A stretch of DNA of 59,214 nt, counting the filler, from Sphacelaria rigidula (taxonomy: Eukaryota), in the NCBI GenBank assembly GCA_964200075.2. It is 7 parts of 7 records of this genome, joined end to end, with 100 filler letters (N's around TTAATTAATTAA, not from the genome) between each part and the next. Parts side by side here need not be neighbours in the genome. Positions count along the whole stretch, not along the records: positions 16,949 to 25,322 come from CAXNAA020011346.1; positions 25,423 to 33,795 come from CAXNAA020011347.1; positions 33,896 to 42,268 come from CAXNAA020011348.1; 4 more parts are not named here. One strand, 5' to 3'. Positions within the stretch are counted from its first letter, which is position 1; the number at the start of each line of letters is the position of its first letter. Of the stretch, positions 23,511 to 38,049 are shown one piece after another. The position numbers were made by a program, and so were the translations under genes. Under the pieces are notes generated by a model. That model had not been told where the DNA came from and made no database searches. It saw only the letters and a list, made by a program, of their open reading frames with translations.

Positions 23511-25679
23511 GTATGTGTGCTGTTTGCGTGTGGTGTGTGTTGGAGAGGGTGGTGATGCATGAAGACTGCCGGATCAGCGCAGAGAAACAGGAAGGCGACT
23601 TGAGAGGGGGGAGCGGGGGTGTTGACTAGACTACGTGCAGATATATTGTGCCTCAGCTATCTGTAAACCCCGTCGGAGTAGAGCTTTGGATCGAGCCAGA
23701 TTGCGTACAAGTATGCAGCAAGCAGGCGCAGTAACTAGAAATCGAAACGTTTGGTGTATATCGTGTATGGCAGATTTTCCGACAAAATATTTTCCCGACT
23801 TTCCCGGCCGTACTTGAACCTCCTGCCCTTCCTCGGGAAGAGCCCGTACTCTCAAGATATCAATCCATCTCTGCCCAGGTGTCTACCTTACATTTTTATG
23901 ATTTATCTCGTCGTCGTCGATTCTAGTGGAATATTTGCGAATCACGTCCTAATGCGCTTTCGACGACGGAAGCCAACTTTTGCTATGAACTACCGTATCT
24001 CTCGGGAGTCAAACCTGCACCCTTCGCTGTTGGTGTACCAGTTAGATAATCGCGGCGCAGCGACTGTACCTTCGAAACACTAGGCGAAGCCCGGGGGGAA
24101 GAGGTGGTCTGTTCATGTGCTTGCTACATCTCAATGATTCGTTTGGAAGCCCATTCTGTGCTCAAAATCGCACCGTGGGTTACGGCTTGGGTAATGGCTT
24201 GTATCGTAAGGGGCCCACACGAAATCTCGAGCTTGACTTTTTCTGGGAACGAAGCACGACCTCGCACTGCCAACAAGAAACCTAACGTCTCCGAGAGATT
24301 TTTGATGGGATCTTTTCAATGACTTTTATTCGGTGGCGAGGCCGCCGCCGCCGCCCCCGCCGCATGTTCTCGTCACCCCGGGTGGTGTGCTTCGTATACC
24401 ATCTACGGTGAGCTGCTCACACGTTCCTCCCCCTCTGGGAATTAGATCAACTGTATGCTATTTTCCCTCGAGTTTAATCTGCCACTCGTATTCATCATTA
24501 TCCCACACGCAGCGGCAGCAGCCAAGAGACTGGTTTCGGTTGATTGACAATACTTTCCCCTAGTTCTCACTTTGCCCTCGAAGATGTTACTGTCGCACGT
24601 AATCGTGTAGGTGCATGGCACTCAATTTACTCAGGTGCCAAGGCGAAAGGGAAACGTTCCCAAATGAAGCGCTTTGAGACCAGCATTTTCGAAAGTTTTG
24701 TCGCGTAGTCAAGACAGGCAGGAAGAGATTTCGCGATAAAGTATATACGTTTCGGGTACAGATTTGCAGCCAGACTTGGAGGTGTATCACACGGTTTTCT
24801 GAGCGCGTGGGAGGGCAGAGTAATGAAGAGGAGTACTCTACTAACCATCGCAGCTATCGGGGTGAAGCAAATATGGCAACGTGTGGTCTGTGGTCGCAGG
24901 AAAAGGGATCGGTGTCTGGTTTCTACAAGAGGCACTTGTCCCTACCCTACACTGTATTGTGTGTACTATTTTACACAACGTACAGTTGGCGTGTTACACA
25001 CGGTCTGCCCTGTTACCTGTTGATGAGGTCGCCACCCTCAGCAACTCACGCCCTAAATGAGTGAAGGAAACCCCGACACCTTCAACAATCTGTCGGCAAC
25101 AGCCATGCAAAACGATTTGAATGTGAGCTACTGTGGAAACGAGCAACGGCGTGTAGTACTGTTCTGCAATGCGCTGTAGATGCGTTGTGTGCACAAATTT
25201 TGAATTCGAAGGGGGTGAGTGCTGTTTTGACTTTTTTTCTTATTTTGCACACACGTGAGATGACTGAAGCCCCCCTCCCCGCCCCCCCCCCCCCCCCCCC
25301 CACCCCCTCCCCCCCCCATCTCNNNNNNNNNNNNNNNNNNNNNNNNNNNNNNNNNNNNNNNNNNNNTTAATTAATTAANNNNNNNNNNNNNNNNNNNNNN
25401 NNNNNNNNNNNNNNNNNNNNNNCCGGCCTGCAGCACTCCGTACCAGCTGGACTGCGCCCAAAAAACGTAAATGATTCAGCCCCACACTACAAATGTCCCC
25501 CCCCCCCCCCCCCCCTCCCCCCCTTTTTTCCGGGCTAGTTTTTTTCGATTGCGCCGTCTGTACAAAAAGTACGCGCAGAGTTGAAAGAGTAGTGTACCTG
25601 TGTCGTCATGTTATTACGCCTTTCTTGAACCCTAACTTTTATTTGTCTATCCTTTCCCACCCAACTTTGAATCCCTTTC

Positions 25680-26110
25680 CTTCCTCGGGAGACGAGTCCG
25701 TTTTTTGAGGGATCAACCCATCTCCTCCCCGGAGTGCACGGGGTGCGGGAATACTGGTCCAATTCACGAGACCAGCATCCACCGGCATGCAGAAAACGTT
25801 TGAACTGAAAAGTACACCCTTACGGTGGCATCATTCGCCCGGTACGCCCATGCTGGTCTCGTGGATTGGATCAGTTCTCACGTACCCCGTCCACTCTCAT
25901 CAAACGAGCTCACTTGAACACTATTTTTCTGCTACTCGCATCCGCACGCTTTCAACGATGGAAAGTAGGTACTTCGAAGAAAAAAGATCCCGACTCATCT
26001 GGCGGGAAGTCAGCGACATTGTTCTCAGCTTTATAATGGTGTCTGTATTGGGATCACCGGCGCGCGGCGCAAATGGTAAATCATTATCGGTGGCTTTGGC
26101 CATTTACATG
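25680..26110 (+). repeat. Interspersed repeat (shared with 34640-34940) containing a ~48-bp-arm hairpin
   Basis: GAGTCCG...AGGGA(T/C)CAACCCATCTC and GGTCTCG(T/C)GGATTGGATCAG occur at both loci. 25732-25779 pairs with ~25851-25897. Confidence 0.6.
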
Positions 26111-26698
26111 AGTGTCGAGTAAAAGAAAAATCAAACACTTGTTGGTGCTTGTCTGCATGCTTGGCCCATCTCATGGCCATTGCCGAGCGCATGTGCGCGC
26201 GATGCAGCTATCGTTGCTGGGCTGCAGCGAAGCAGGTGAGCTACCGTTCTCGCACGCCGTTTTGTATGAAGCACAAAATAAACGTGGGCACCGTTTCTGC
26301 GGGCACTGTTTCTGCACCATACGATCTTAGCGATACGCACGATGAAGTAAACCCAGCCCTACTACCAGCCCTGCTACTAGCCTACACATACGTTGCAACG
26401 AAAAAAGTATGGAGACGCTGTCTTACCAAAGGTGGATCCTGCGAGTAAGGAGTGAGGGTCATGCTTGGACTTGTACATTCGCGGTTTGGTAAGCACCGCC
26501 GGTTCATGGGGCACGAGGCTGTAAATCGTCTCCGGCATGTTTATTCCGGCGCCGTGTACTACGCAGAACTTCGAATGAGTACTGTGATTGTTGCCACGTG
26601 GTTGTGTGCTACAGCTAGTAGCCTATGTCTCTGGCACGGCTGTTCTAGGGTTCAGGCCAATGAATGACAGCCGCCAGGACCAGTTTGAATCGTCGAAG

Positions 26699-26723
26699 GT
26701 GTGTGTGTGTGTGTGTGTGTGTG
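26699..26723. repeat. (GT)n microsatellite
   Basis: About 12 GT units. Confidence 0.9.
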
Positions 26724-29700
26724 CCTACGTCGCGATTGCGCCGCAGGGTTTGTTGTGATCTGCCGTTTTTGCCGGTTCGTACTCTCTGAAAGTTGTACTT
26801 CCCTGTCTCGGGCGAGTTTTGCTACCGCGATCTGGCGGATTCAAGACCGTGGTATAACTGCAGCACCTATACGAGTAAAAATTTAAAGAGGGAGCTGGTA
26901 AATTATTATCTAGAGAAGAGCTTGGATGCACAGCGCTGGCCGCTTCGTGCTCGAGGTTCGACCGGCGCAGCTGTTTTTGGTTCTCGCCGGCAGAACCAGT
27001 TCGAAAAAACGCGCTTAATTCGGTTTGCAACCCGGCTCCCCTTTTCCCAGTTACTTTGAAAGGTACGACGACGACATATTGTCACACTGTCACGTACTCT
27101 TTGGTTTCTTCCGCCACTGTACTACTGTTCCAACTGTTCTGTACGTACCTAGATACACGAGCTAGTGGTAGGTGAAAGCTACTGGCCACCAAGTGAGGAG
27201 GCGGGTTGGCCACTGGAATTGCATTTGTTGCGCTTTAGCTCGTTTCACATAATTGGTTGCTTCTCACGTGCGGCGTATACACACATGGATGCTGTGTACA
27301 GACGCCGAGACGTACCTTGCTCAGTAATGAAGCACTACGCGGTTGTGCTATCCATACAACACAACATCGTTTGATATTGTTTCTTGTGCAGATACTTCGA
27401 CGAAGTACCGCGTAGATACAGTCGGTGATCACCCTTCATGCATGCGCCCAAAATGCGATTTTCGGTCAGCTTTTGGCGTCCAGCTCGATCGCCCGTCCAA
27501 CCCGGATCTAGACGAATCTCAATGGAGATTGAGAGAGTTCTTCTTCCCTCCGCTACGCAACTCCTGCTACGAGCGACGCGTATACACATGGTGCACGTTT
27601 GTATCAGTGCTCATGACAACGGGGGACTTTGAGCATGGAGCATGGAGACCGCATTATCCATTATTCCTGCATAGTAGGGCATGATCCACGACCGCGGATG
27701 GGCACCCGGGAAATGCGGCGGGCGGGAAACAAATAATGTAATCAAGGCCGTGAGGATAACCCTTCGTTCGGGAGTTTAGTGAACTCGAGGATCAGCATCG
27801 CAAGCAGCAGGACGAAGTCAAGTGCGCAAGAGCGCCGGTTGCGGCCATTTTATGAGCTATTACTGCCACCCTGACAGGAACGCCAACACCGGAACTTGGT
27901 GAGTTTCTCGCAGGCTCAGGGCGATTAGATGTATACTCCTGTTGCACTAAAGTCTACTCACTTTGCCTACTGTCGTATTAAATAGTAACAGCGTCGCGTA
28001 GCTGCACAAGTGTGTTGCTATGTTCCACAACTGTGGGGCTGTATTACGAATGGATCACCGGCAACGGAGTTGCGATCTGGGCAAGATCTGGAATGGGTAC
28101 CGCACGTGTTCGAGCATGGCACCGCGTTTCAGGGTGATATGGGGTTAGCATAAGCCCTTCTAGTGCCTAGAACCCCAGTTGGCCGCCAGTCGACGGGCTT
28201 CCGGGGGTGGGTTTGGAATGCAGCACGGTAGAACAGACCCTTGCAGTGCATATATACCGCGCGTAATAGATTATCATCAGTAAACCACGATCGGTACGAG
28301 TAGTGCTTTACTGCCTCAGAACGAGAGCAACGTCTTGAGCAGCACAGTAGCCGCGACTAAGCTCACAGTACTACATGTATGGGGTCAACATACACAACTT
28401 TTGCTGAAGAGCTGAACAGTGTGGTGTATTTGAGAAGAGTGTACATGTTGTAGGTTGCGCGTGCGGGCGCGGTTGGGTGCTCTTACGATTTCGTGCCTGA
28501 GGTTTGAGAGAGGTTTCCGTCCACCTCCCTTTGCCCACCGCTCGGGGCGAGGACACGTTGAAACACACACAAGTAGTGCTCATGTAATCTCAGCTGTGAC
28601 CTTGTCTCCTTCACTAAGCCCTGCTACTCAAGCTAGAGATCGTGGCGTTGAGAGTTGGGCAAGGGGGCCGGCCTCGGTCGACCCTCACTTCTAGGCAAGA
28701 ATGCCCCAACCCGCCCGCTCGATAAAGAAGAACTTCGGCAATAGCTGAAGCGCGAGAAAACTCGATCAAGCGGGTACCAGGCGTACTAGCGACCATCTAT
28801 TGCAATAAATCTTCAATGACCAGCGAGATTGCTAAATGTTATACTCTCTCAAATCGCTTGGCCTCGGGCAGCACTTCCAATAGAATAATGGGGCAGTGCA
28901 CCGCCTCACAAGGGCAGCCCTACACGAGCCCACCCACCTTCCAGTCATACATTTCCAATGTGCCTGCTCTTGTTCTGTCGAGGAGAAAACCCTTTTATTA
29001 AAATAACGATTGAGTTTGTTTGTTTTCCCGAAACGTAAAACGACAAACTAAAGGCAACCAAAATACCAACTTTTGTACTCGTGTATGTCTATCGACCGGC
29101 GTATTTGTAGAGCACCTCGGGTCATTCTGGTTTGCCACAAACGCCTGTCCCACGCCTTATCGCGCTTGACCTTGCTCTTTGTTGCTTCTGACTTCGTGAT
29201 ATGTTGTTCAAGTTCTCAGACTGTAAGTGAGCACTGTTAAGTTTCTCCTTTTGTAGCGGTCCCGCAAAAGAGGGGAAACGTGGAAGCCGCCGTTTGTATG
29301 TGCATATCAATGATTTATGTCATAGACACCAACGTTGAATATATACCCAGAACCTCTACACGCCGCGTTGCGCTTCGTGCACCGCCTCGGTGATGCTCTA
29401 CTCCCCACCATCCGACCCCTTGTGCTTGCTTGTGGAGTGTCCTGGCCACGGTCGTCGCTGCAGAGGCGTGTATAGCCTTTGAGAGAAAACGCCCGCCGAA
29501 AATCAGAACCACTCAACGCGCATATCCCCGAGTGATTTGATGGGCGGCTTTACTGGCGTTTTACTCTTCCCGTCTGCTATCGTTCCATTTGCAAGTTTTC
29601 CCGCTAAATACCCAGGGCATTACGAAACCCCTGCGGTATGGCAAAGGTCGTCCGCCGGTGGTATGGGCTAAAAAATCTCGAGAGGGTCCGTTCTCTCATA

Positions 29701-31592
29701 CCACGTCAGATCTTACGATTAGACTACAGAGAAATTAACGTGTCAACCAAAAATAGAGCGATATCGTGAGACCAGAGCGTGTAGGGAGGCACACGGTTAC
29801 GAGATCAGGTGCATACGGGGGGAATGGATGTCTCAGCACCTTATTCCTCAAATAACAGGGGTGAAAATACGTCAAGCTTGGGGAGCTTTTGTCAACGAAA
29901 CAACGGTATTAGCTGTCAGCAGCAGAAGATAAATCGCCTCCTCCGTAGACCCCACCTCCCAGTCTTACAAAGGCGTGACATTCGGTCGAACAACTCCACG
30001 TGTTGACGATGAACCAGCAGTTAGAATGCTTGCGGCTCTATACGGCGTGCCGAGAGATCACGACAGTCCACATTCGGGTAACAGTGAGGATTCGACCTCC
30101 CCGGTAATTGTTTGCGGGGGGCAGTCCACTACGGCTCTTTAGAGTGCTTGATCTTCAGCTATAGCTGCAAAATGCAATAGGCGCCGTGGAGGGGCGGCTT
30201 TCGGGAGGAAATTTGCCTAGCAGCTTACCAGGGTTCCTTTCTTGTCGCAATATGCAACAATTGGAAATCGCTTTTCATCAGCCGACGAGAACATCCTCGT
30301 GTGGCCTGTCGCGTTGCGACAAATATTTGTTTTGAACAATACTTCAACAGTTCAATGGAGCGTGCTGTATGACCGGCATCGCCGCAGTAGCTGGTGTTCG
30401 GGGCGGATTTCAACCAGCTTATCAAACGTATGATATGGTTTGCCTCCCTACGGTCGCTGTACAAGGGGATAAGTTCAGCCAACGGATTGGTAGTTGCATG
30501 TATAATGTTTTTGTATCTACAAGTCAAAGGCGCGATCAACCGGCCCCTTGCGGGCGTTGCGATGCCAGGGGCCTTGCCGCAAGATACGTGGTTTCGGGAT
30601 GATTTACGACCCAGCAATGGAGGGTAACGCGTAGCATGACGCTTGCAAGTTGTTCAACCAACCAACCGCGAGTACCAAATAGCCTGCCTACCTCACTGCA
30701 GCCGCTAACCCTTTCTGGGGCTATGGTTTGATCAGTCAAACCGGAGTGTTGCGTAATTGGTCGCGCTGTAGTGGTTGACCTCTCGGGGGCATTTTGAGTG
30801 GCCAATTTGCTTGGCGCTGACGCCGGTTGCGCTGTGGCAGCTGAGGGATTCGGAACAAATGATCGGTCAATTTTTCGGGGGTGCTCCAACCACCCGATCG
30901 AGAGGGTTGCGAGGCCAAACTCGCTGCAGCGTCTGGTCTGTCTGTCTCCGGCAAGTGGCCTATGGAGAGAGCTTTGCCCAGCCAATTGAGCGTATTGTGC
31001 GATTTGCTTCGGTACAATAGCTGAAGAGCGATAAAGATGAATAAGGCCAATCGAGCGTGTCGTGTGGGCTGTCTTCCGGCAGCAGCTCACGTGCATAGGA
31101 CTTTCTGCAGGTGCGTAGGGCTTTCGGCAGGCCACTGCGTTTCATTCCGTGGCCAGACTCGCTTGAACAGTGGAGGCTCGACGACACATTCAGAGAGCAG
31201 TTGCAATATTTTCATGGCGGAGGATCTTGCAGATGCTGGTCCTTGAATTCCAAACTAAGCTGCCGATCACAAGAACTACCTTGGCTTGATTCATCCCAAC
31301 ACGTCACGTTTCGACTCTCCACCTTCAATCAATCGATTGCGTTGCTACACGTACCTCGCTGCAGTAGCTGACGAGTGGGATTTGCTTCGACCAGTCAGTC
31401 GAGAGTTCGGTTGGCCTATTTCCCTGCGCTACCTGGCGTTCGGGGATTTACACTAGCCAAACAAGGGGGTTGTGTGCACCTTCGCGACCTGTGGCAGCTG
31501 AAATTTGGTGTCGTTTCTGACCAGAAGATTTTCGAGTGTCATGTCGATCATCTCTCTGCAATAGTTCTAGCGCTAAGCACTAGCTAACCCTG

Positions 31593-31598
<6 letters not shown>

Positions 31599-31637
<39 letters not shown>
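31599..31637. repeat. (GA)n microsatellite
   Basis: About 19 GA units. Confidence 0.95.
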
Positions 31638-31641
<4 letters not shown>

Positions 31642-33104
31642 GCTCGCACTTTTCTGATTGGCCACACTTTTGAACAGACCACAAATAGCGTCGCATTACT
31701 GGTTATTTGGTGGCTGATTTTCGCGAATCACCACCGCGAGTTCAGTCTGCTGATTTAGCGTGCCACCCGACCCGTGCCGGCGTGAGTTTAGGCTTGAGTA
31801 CAATGTCCTATTCATCACTGTTTCAGGGTGAAAAACGTCGATTCGTCGGAATCGAAGCCTTCCGTTTGGCGCTTGTGTGCCTTGAAGATTTGTATCTGGC
31901 GGGTAGCACGCAGAATCGCGCTGAAATAGCACTGAGGCTCTCATGGAGCAGCGTTAAGAGCTCCCTCGGTGCCGTAGTCACCTTGTCTACGGCGCAGGTT
32001 CGTAAGATCTGACTGATGTGAGGGTAGCCACAGCAAAATAGTGTGGTCAAGTGACACGTGCGGTACAGTACAGCACAGTTACACCGCACGGGCGGGGGAA
32101 ATTGATGTACTGTTACTTCAGCTTAAGTAGAGGCCTATCAACGAGCAAGAATAGCGCTAATCTTCTATGTGATTCAGCATCCCGACCTCCCTCATTTTCT
32201 CGCTGACCCGCCGGGAGAAAGCGTGAAATTGCGATGATTTTGTAGATAACTGTACCGATACACCTCGAGCATACCGTGTCCTCTGATCCGCTCAAAATGA
32301 CTCGGCGTATCTATGTATTATCCTAGTAGTTAGTGAACATACCGCCACATGCACTGCCACATGCACTGAGCGGGAATAATGTCCGCTCGCTCCAAGCTTA
32401 ATAGACGAACAAATTAGAACTTTGTGCCAGAGATCGTAACGTGGTATTGGAAATAATTTCAGCTTGCTCCCCTCTATAGTTCTCCATCAGCAACCCCCGT
32501 GTGTTCTCTGAGCGCCCGTATCAATGCTGGCGTTGACAAATTACCCTTAACTCGGCCGTTCGTGGCTCGAGCAAGCGTTTGAAGTTCCTGTTCGGCGAAA
32601 TATGGTCGAGGAGCAGCGAGCGGGGAGGAGTCTTAATGGTAAGGTGAGTTTCGACGTGCACAACCCATCGCCTTCAGGGGACAGAACTGCCGTAGAAAGC
32701 AACATACAACAGCAAACACAGTTACCTTTCGCGAAAGACTTTCCAGGTCATCCATCGTCGACATCAATCCACAACCTCTATCAGCGTTCTCTCTCCCCTG
32801 ACTTTCTCCTCCCCATCCTCCCGCGGGCCCCGCTGCGGCGCCATCATCACCACCTGGACTCTCTGTGCGTTTGAATTCCTCGTCGTGAGCGGTGAATGTC
32901 GCTTCTTGCCCGACTCCTCTATTATGCACGCAGTCGATGCTGCTGCCACCGGTCAGTCGGAGTGGATGGATCTGGCTAGATGGCTCGGGCGTAGAAGGGT
33001 TAGTCTTTTCGTCGGCCCTGAACCTACGGCGCGGAGATGGTGCGTGTCTGTCTCTGCTTCGCCTGAAAAATGCCTGGGTGATGGTGATTTAGGCGGGGAG
33101 AGTA

Positions 33105-33600
33105 CGGGGGGGTGTACGCATGATCTTGCATGTCGTAGTCATCTGACCATTGACCTCGCGTCCCTTGAAAGCCGGGACTGAGCTCGCCGGTTTTTCGCCG
33201 CATCAGGCTCGCAATCAGTCACCAAGCGCGAAGCGCCGTGACGTGTTCGGCGAGTCGCATGGAGGGTGTGCTGCATCCTGCTAAGATTGTTCGGCCCGAA
33301 GCCTACTGGTATCTCGCACATGGATGGCAGCCTCCAGTGAGCTGCTTCATTTTCTGGTGTCACCACTTCCAGAGACAGCCACGGGTCCCACACTGCCTCG
33401 TGGCTATCTCACCATGAAAAATCGGTGTAGTATGACCTCTCTTTTGCGCGAAATTCAGGTTCTCCGCCCGGCACAATATGATCTAGCTCGACAACAACCA
33501 TGGTTACCGCATAAAAAATGTATGCGCAAAAAACCTCGGTAACCTGGTTGCCTGGCGTGCACAGTGAGTGGTATGTTTTATAGCATAGTTGCCAACCGAC
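33105..33600 (-). mobile_element. Repeat family A copy
   Basis: Reverse-complement homolog of ~120-625; ends CATGCAAGATCATGCGTACA followed by a C7 run on the minus strand. Confidence 0.8.
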
Positions 33601-34353
33601 ACCAATCCCATGGTCTGTGTGTGTGTGTGTGTGACAGCAAATGGTTGGAAATCTAAGAGGAGGCAAGCGGAGAGAAGCGGAGGGACAAAAAGGTTTCTAA
33701 CGGGCGCGTGGTGATGTAAGGGAGGGGGGGGGGGGGGGGGCTTTCAGATAAGCCCTCCCAACTATAGCAATCTTGTGACCCCACCCTCCCACCACNNNNN
33801 NNNNNNNNNNNNNNNNNNNNNNNNNNNNNNNNNNNNNNNTTAATTAATTAANNNNNNNNNNNNNNNNNNNNNNNNNNNNNNNNNNNNNNNNNNNNCAAGG
33901 CTCGCCGAATTGAGCCATGCGTTCAACATTTTCCGTGACGCTGCTGCACCCCTATAAATCATGAGTTCGACAGATTCTCCTTGTTTTTTCGTCCGTCGTT
34001 AAGGTTATACATTATGCAGTACATTTTTTTCCATCTTTTTTTTTATTCAGCGGCGGTGCCATGTCACCAGGTTGTTCTACACTTTACAGTGATATGCTTA
34101 CATCGGATTCATTCGGGAAACTGGGGAAGCTGTGGTGTGAACAAGTTTTAGCAGCTTTCAAGCTGGCCCAGCTCGTACGCATACGAAGGCAATCACGTGA
34201 TTCTCCAGCCACAAGCCAAGCGCTTTGGTGACACTCGCCAACGAACCTACTTGCCTCTGCTATATTCTGAATATCCATCTTCGATGTATTTCAGCACCAA
34301 AATGATGGGGCTCGTTCTCTCTCTTCCTCTGGCCTCCACGTCTCCACACTCAC

Positions 34354-37300
34354 CTTGATGGTGCGATCTCTCGACGCGCTGTAGAGCAGTCCCTCTCCGC
34401 CCCAAATAATTTTCTCCACTGAGTCAGCGTGACCAGAGAGACTCGCCTCGCAGCGGCTTGTTCGCGTATTCCACACCTGACCAACGACACGCGCGACGAC
34501 GACACTGAAGGCTGAGAACTCGAGCTGGAAGGCAAGAGCATTTCCTCCATCACGGGCGCACGCACATGAGAGCGGAATTGGATCTACTCATTCACGGAGG
34601 AAAACACTCTTTTTTTTCTTCCCTCACAATTTGAACCCCTCCCCTTTCTTGGGATGAGTCCGTGGTCTCAAGGGACCAACCCATCTCTCCCCGGTACGTG
34701 CCCTTTATTTTGGTCTCGCGGATTGGATCAGCATTCCCGCACCGCGTCAACTCACGTCACACCAACCCAGTCGACCACTCTTGTTTACTCACGTTCTCAC
34801 GCTTTCCACGGTGGAAATCGTACATTACGAAGAAAAAACCCAACGCGTCGGAAATCGAACGCCCGTCCTTTACACCCTAATGGCGACAGACTGAGTCAGA
34901 CCATTACACCACCGGGGCGCAGCAATAATATATGAAAACCTCCCGTCATCTATATATACTGCCGTACTTTGAAAAAACGCAACGATACTGTGACTAGTTC
35001 CAGTTTGTTATTTTCCAACCCTGGTGGCTGCAAGAGCGCAGCAAGCTCTCACTAACAGCGGCGAACCGCCATACAAACATAAGCTGTCGTTATATCAAAA
35101 CTGCACGCGCATAGCCATAGATGACGGGCAGACCGCTGCGACACAGTGCAGAGCCAGAGCAACGCCAATATTCCTGGGGTGCGTCACTCTGACAGCATGT
35201 ATCATACCTTGATCAGCGTGTCCTTGGAACTGCTGGCCAGCCGTTCCCCGGAGGAATTTCGATGCAGGGGTTCCCACGCGAGTGATGTTATCCACTGCTT
35301 GTGAGCAGAGATAGGTTGGCCCTGTTGCTTCCCCTTTGTCGGGTCCCACAGACGTATTTCTCCCTTTCTGTCAGCCGACGCGAAACGTTTTCCTGCCGTG
35401 ATGAGGTGAACGTGAGAGAGACACACGCACCATACCTTTTGGCTGGGTGCTTGATTGGCGGCTATTTATCCACTGCCCCAACACAAAAGCATGGCGCACC
35501 AGTACAGAGACGCGTACTCTGGCAGTCGACAAGACATATCTACTCGTAGCTCACTACATCAGAATAAGCCGTGAGCCATACAAACACTCACCATTGGGGG
35601 CCCAGGCGGTGCAGAGGACGTGATGACTGTGTCCTCGACACGTGAAACGTGGCAAAGATGTCGCAACATCCCAAAACCTGGGGTGGGGGAGGGGGGAACC
35701 GCCAGCGAGGGAAGAGGAGAGCAGCAAGAGTTTTGTTATCAGTCAACACTCTATGTGCAGGGCTACGCGGGGCGTTTCCCAGCGCCGTGTGTACTTTCGC
35801 TGTCGGGTACATAGGCTTGGCAAACACAAACGCCTCCACCGGAAACATGAGCACGATCACATGCAACAGAACGAAATTTTTGTCTCGCGTCACGCTTTGC
35901 CAACTGCCCATTTGCTTAGTTGCAGCATGCATGTGCCGGGTCAGAAGTAATGATCCACGACGCCCCCTCCTACACCCCGTCCTTCGGATGATGGACTGGA
36001 TAACTGGAACCACAAGTCCTGCACTAAGTTGAAATCACGCACCCCGCGGCTATCGTGTGACCACGGCTGGATCCCTGAGGGGTCAGTGAATGTGCGACAA
36101 TCGGTCAAACCAATCAGCGCATATCTTGCCAGTGTACGTACGCTGGGGTCCGTACCTGACCGTCATGTCCCCTCCCCCACTAGCCAGCATGCTTCCGTCC
36201 GGACTATAGCTGACATGCAGCACCGCCTCGGTGTGTCCGGGCATGGTACTTGTGCACCTTGTAACTGGTCTCACGCGGAAGACAGCCAAGGGCTGGTACG
36301 ACACCGACAAAACAGCTTCGGTCGACAAACCTGAGATACACGAGAAGCGCAACGAGGAACACGTTCCCCACGCATCGCCGTTGTGTCGCACGGTGTGATA
36401 CAGTTCCGATTTCAATCGTAACGCAATGAACACTAACACTAATATAGAAGGCACCGCGCTTCGAGAACCGCTTGTCGACATACCGACATGTCTCTCCACG
36501 ATCAAACATGAAATGACGCTACATACCGATCATGTACTAAAGTGCATACTCGGTGCCCTCTGACTTGATCATTCACAGCCGATCTAAAGCACCAAGGCAG
36601 CGAGGGGTGAACGCGACAGCTGCTTTCGTGTGAAGGGGGTTGCGCAACTAATTAATTGAAGCGAAAGTCCTACGACGCCGTCCACGTTACAGCATGGTTG
36701 CTACAGGGCGCCGGTTGTCGCTCCTGTCAACCACCGCTGCCATTGATGCACAGAACGCTCACCTAACTCCGTGACGACTTGATCGAGCGACTCCATCACT
36801 TCCGTACCATTGACGTAAAATGTGTAAGGCACCTGCCAAGCGACAAGAGTGGGTAGGGACGCAATTACGCGTTGTTTTAAGCGCCTGGGAGCGTAACCGT
36901 AGTGAAAGATTCGAAACAAGGTCAACAAACTCCCACGCTGGCGAAGCATACCCGGCCAACGGCGAATCGATATGCTGCTTACGGACACGCGAGCCCCTGC
37001 CAGCGACGAGCCAACTTACCGACCTCGTTCCAACGCGGGGTAAATAGACACATGCTACTGTTTTCATGGTCGTACGGATACGGAATGCTGCCAAGCTTGG
37101 AACAATCAAATCATGCCTGTGCAGTCAACTCAAGAATGCGCGTCAGAGGGCCGCCTTACGTAGTTCCAGCAGAGTATTACCATCTCGGGGCGATAACAAA
37201 AGCTAGCCGCGATCACCACGTTAAAACTATCCTCTCCACTGTCACAAGAGCCTCGGTCTCATCTTTTCATCTCAAACGAGATATTTCTGATGACACATTT

Positions 37301-37808
37301 TTTTTGCGCCGTGGCTTCCGCAGCTCAACGATAAAATTGAAGCTGGTGTCCATATAGTCCGGGATGATACACTCCGTACAACACCTCCGTGTACACTGCA
37401 TGTATTTCCAGTGTTCGTTGACATCAGTACCTTGGGTTCCTGATTCCTTGATATGAATACTGCGGACCACGTGCACGCAAGAGTCTCCCCGTGCATACAG
37501 GACTCGTAACGCATACAGGATGCCACACGTGAATTGGGTTGGGGAGCGAAGCCGAAACAAATCGAAAATCGATATTGACAGTCAATCTTGCTCTTGTTCA
37601 CCTTGTTGTCGTTCTCCAGCAATTGGTTCATCAATTCCTCCATCTGCGGCACAGTAGACCCGAGCGGGACGTCAATCTGGGGTCCCTTTATCTCCCCCTC
37701 CATCGTAGCAAACTGCACGATCATGGATGACGGCGCACCCTTACCCTCCGCCGCCGCCCCGTCGACATCCTCGTCCGAGTCAGCGCCAAAGTCGCGCACA
37801 GCGGGAAC
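34354..37808 (-). CDS. NLE1: Notchless protein homolog (NLE domain + WD40; ribosome assembly factor Rsa4), partial: exons 37808-37602, 36832-36763, 36330-36156, 35677-35592, 35392-35208, 34476-34354
   Basis: Six GT-AG exons join in phase (0,1,2,1,0). They give IVQF...GPQIDVP...MNQLLENDNKVPYTFYVNG...STEAVLSVSYQPLAVFRVRPVTRCTSTMPGHTEAVL...LASGGGDMTVRFWD...WITSLAWEPLH...LASSSKD...WGGEGLLYSASRDRTIK, which are diagnostic NLE1/RSA4 motifs. First and last exons not identified. Confidence 0.96.
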
Positions 37809-38049
37809 CTGATGTTGCGTTGGCACACGGTATGCAGACAGAGTCAAAATACTTGAAAAAAAACAAAACAAAAAAAACATCATCAAATGTCGCTGACACC
37901 GAAGTAGGGAAACGTCGAGCTAGGAGGGACCACGGGCGCATTGCAGACTGCACCTTTCAGAGTCCAACGAGATTAAGGTTCGGATCAGTAAGAAAAAAAG
38001 TAATGCGACAGGAGAAAAAAAAAAGAGAGTAAGTTTTCGAGTAGTATTA

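Noticed and set aside
26790-31590. Possible decayed hAT transposase fragments (SMEIERV...ATQLL at ~27520; ELLKYCSK...QERN at ~30350-30230, minus)
   Set aside because: Only vague resemblance to the hAT dimerisation motif, many stops and no TIRs found; needs a TBLASTN/HMM search.
32602-32643. ATG-initiated mini-exon MVEEQRAGRSLNGK with GTGAGT donor
   Set aside because: Too short, with no identifiable downstream exon or homology.
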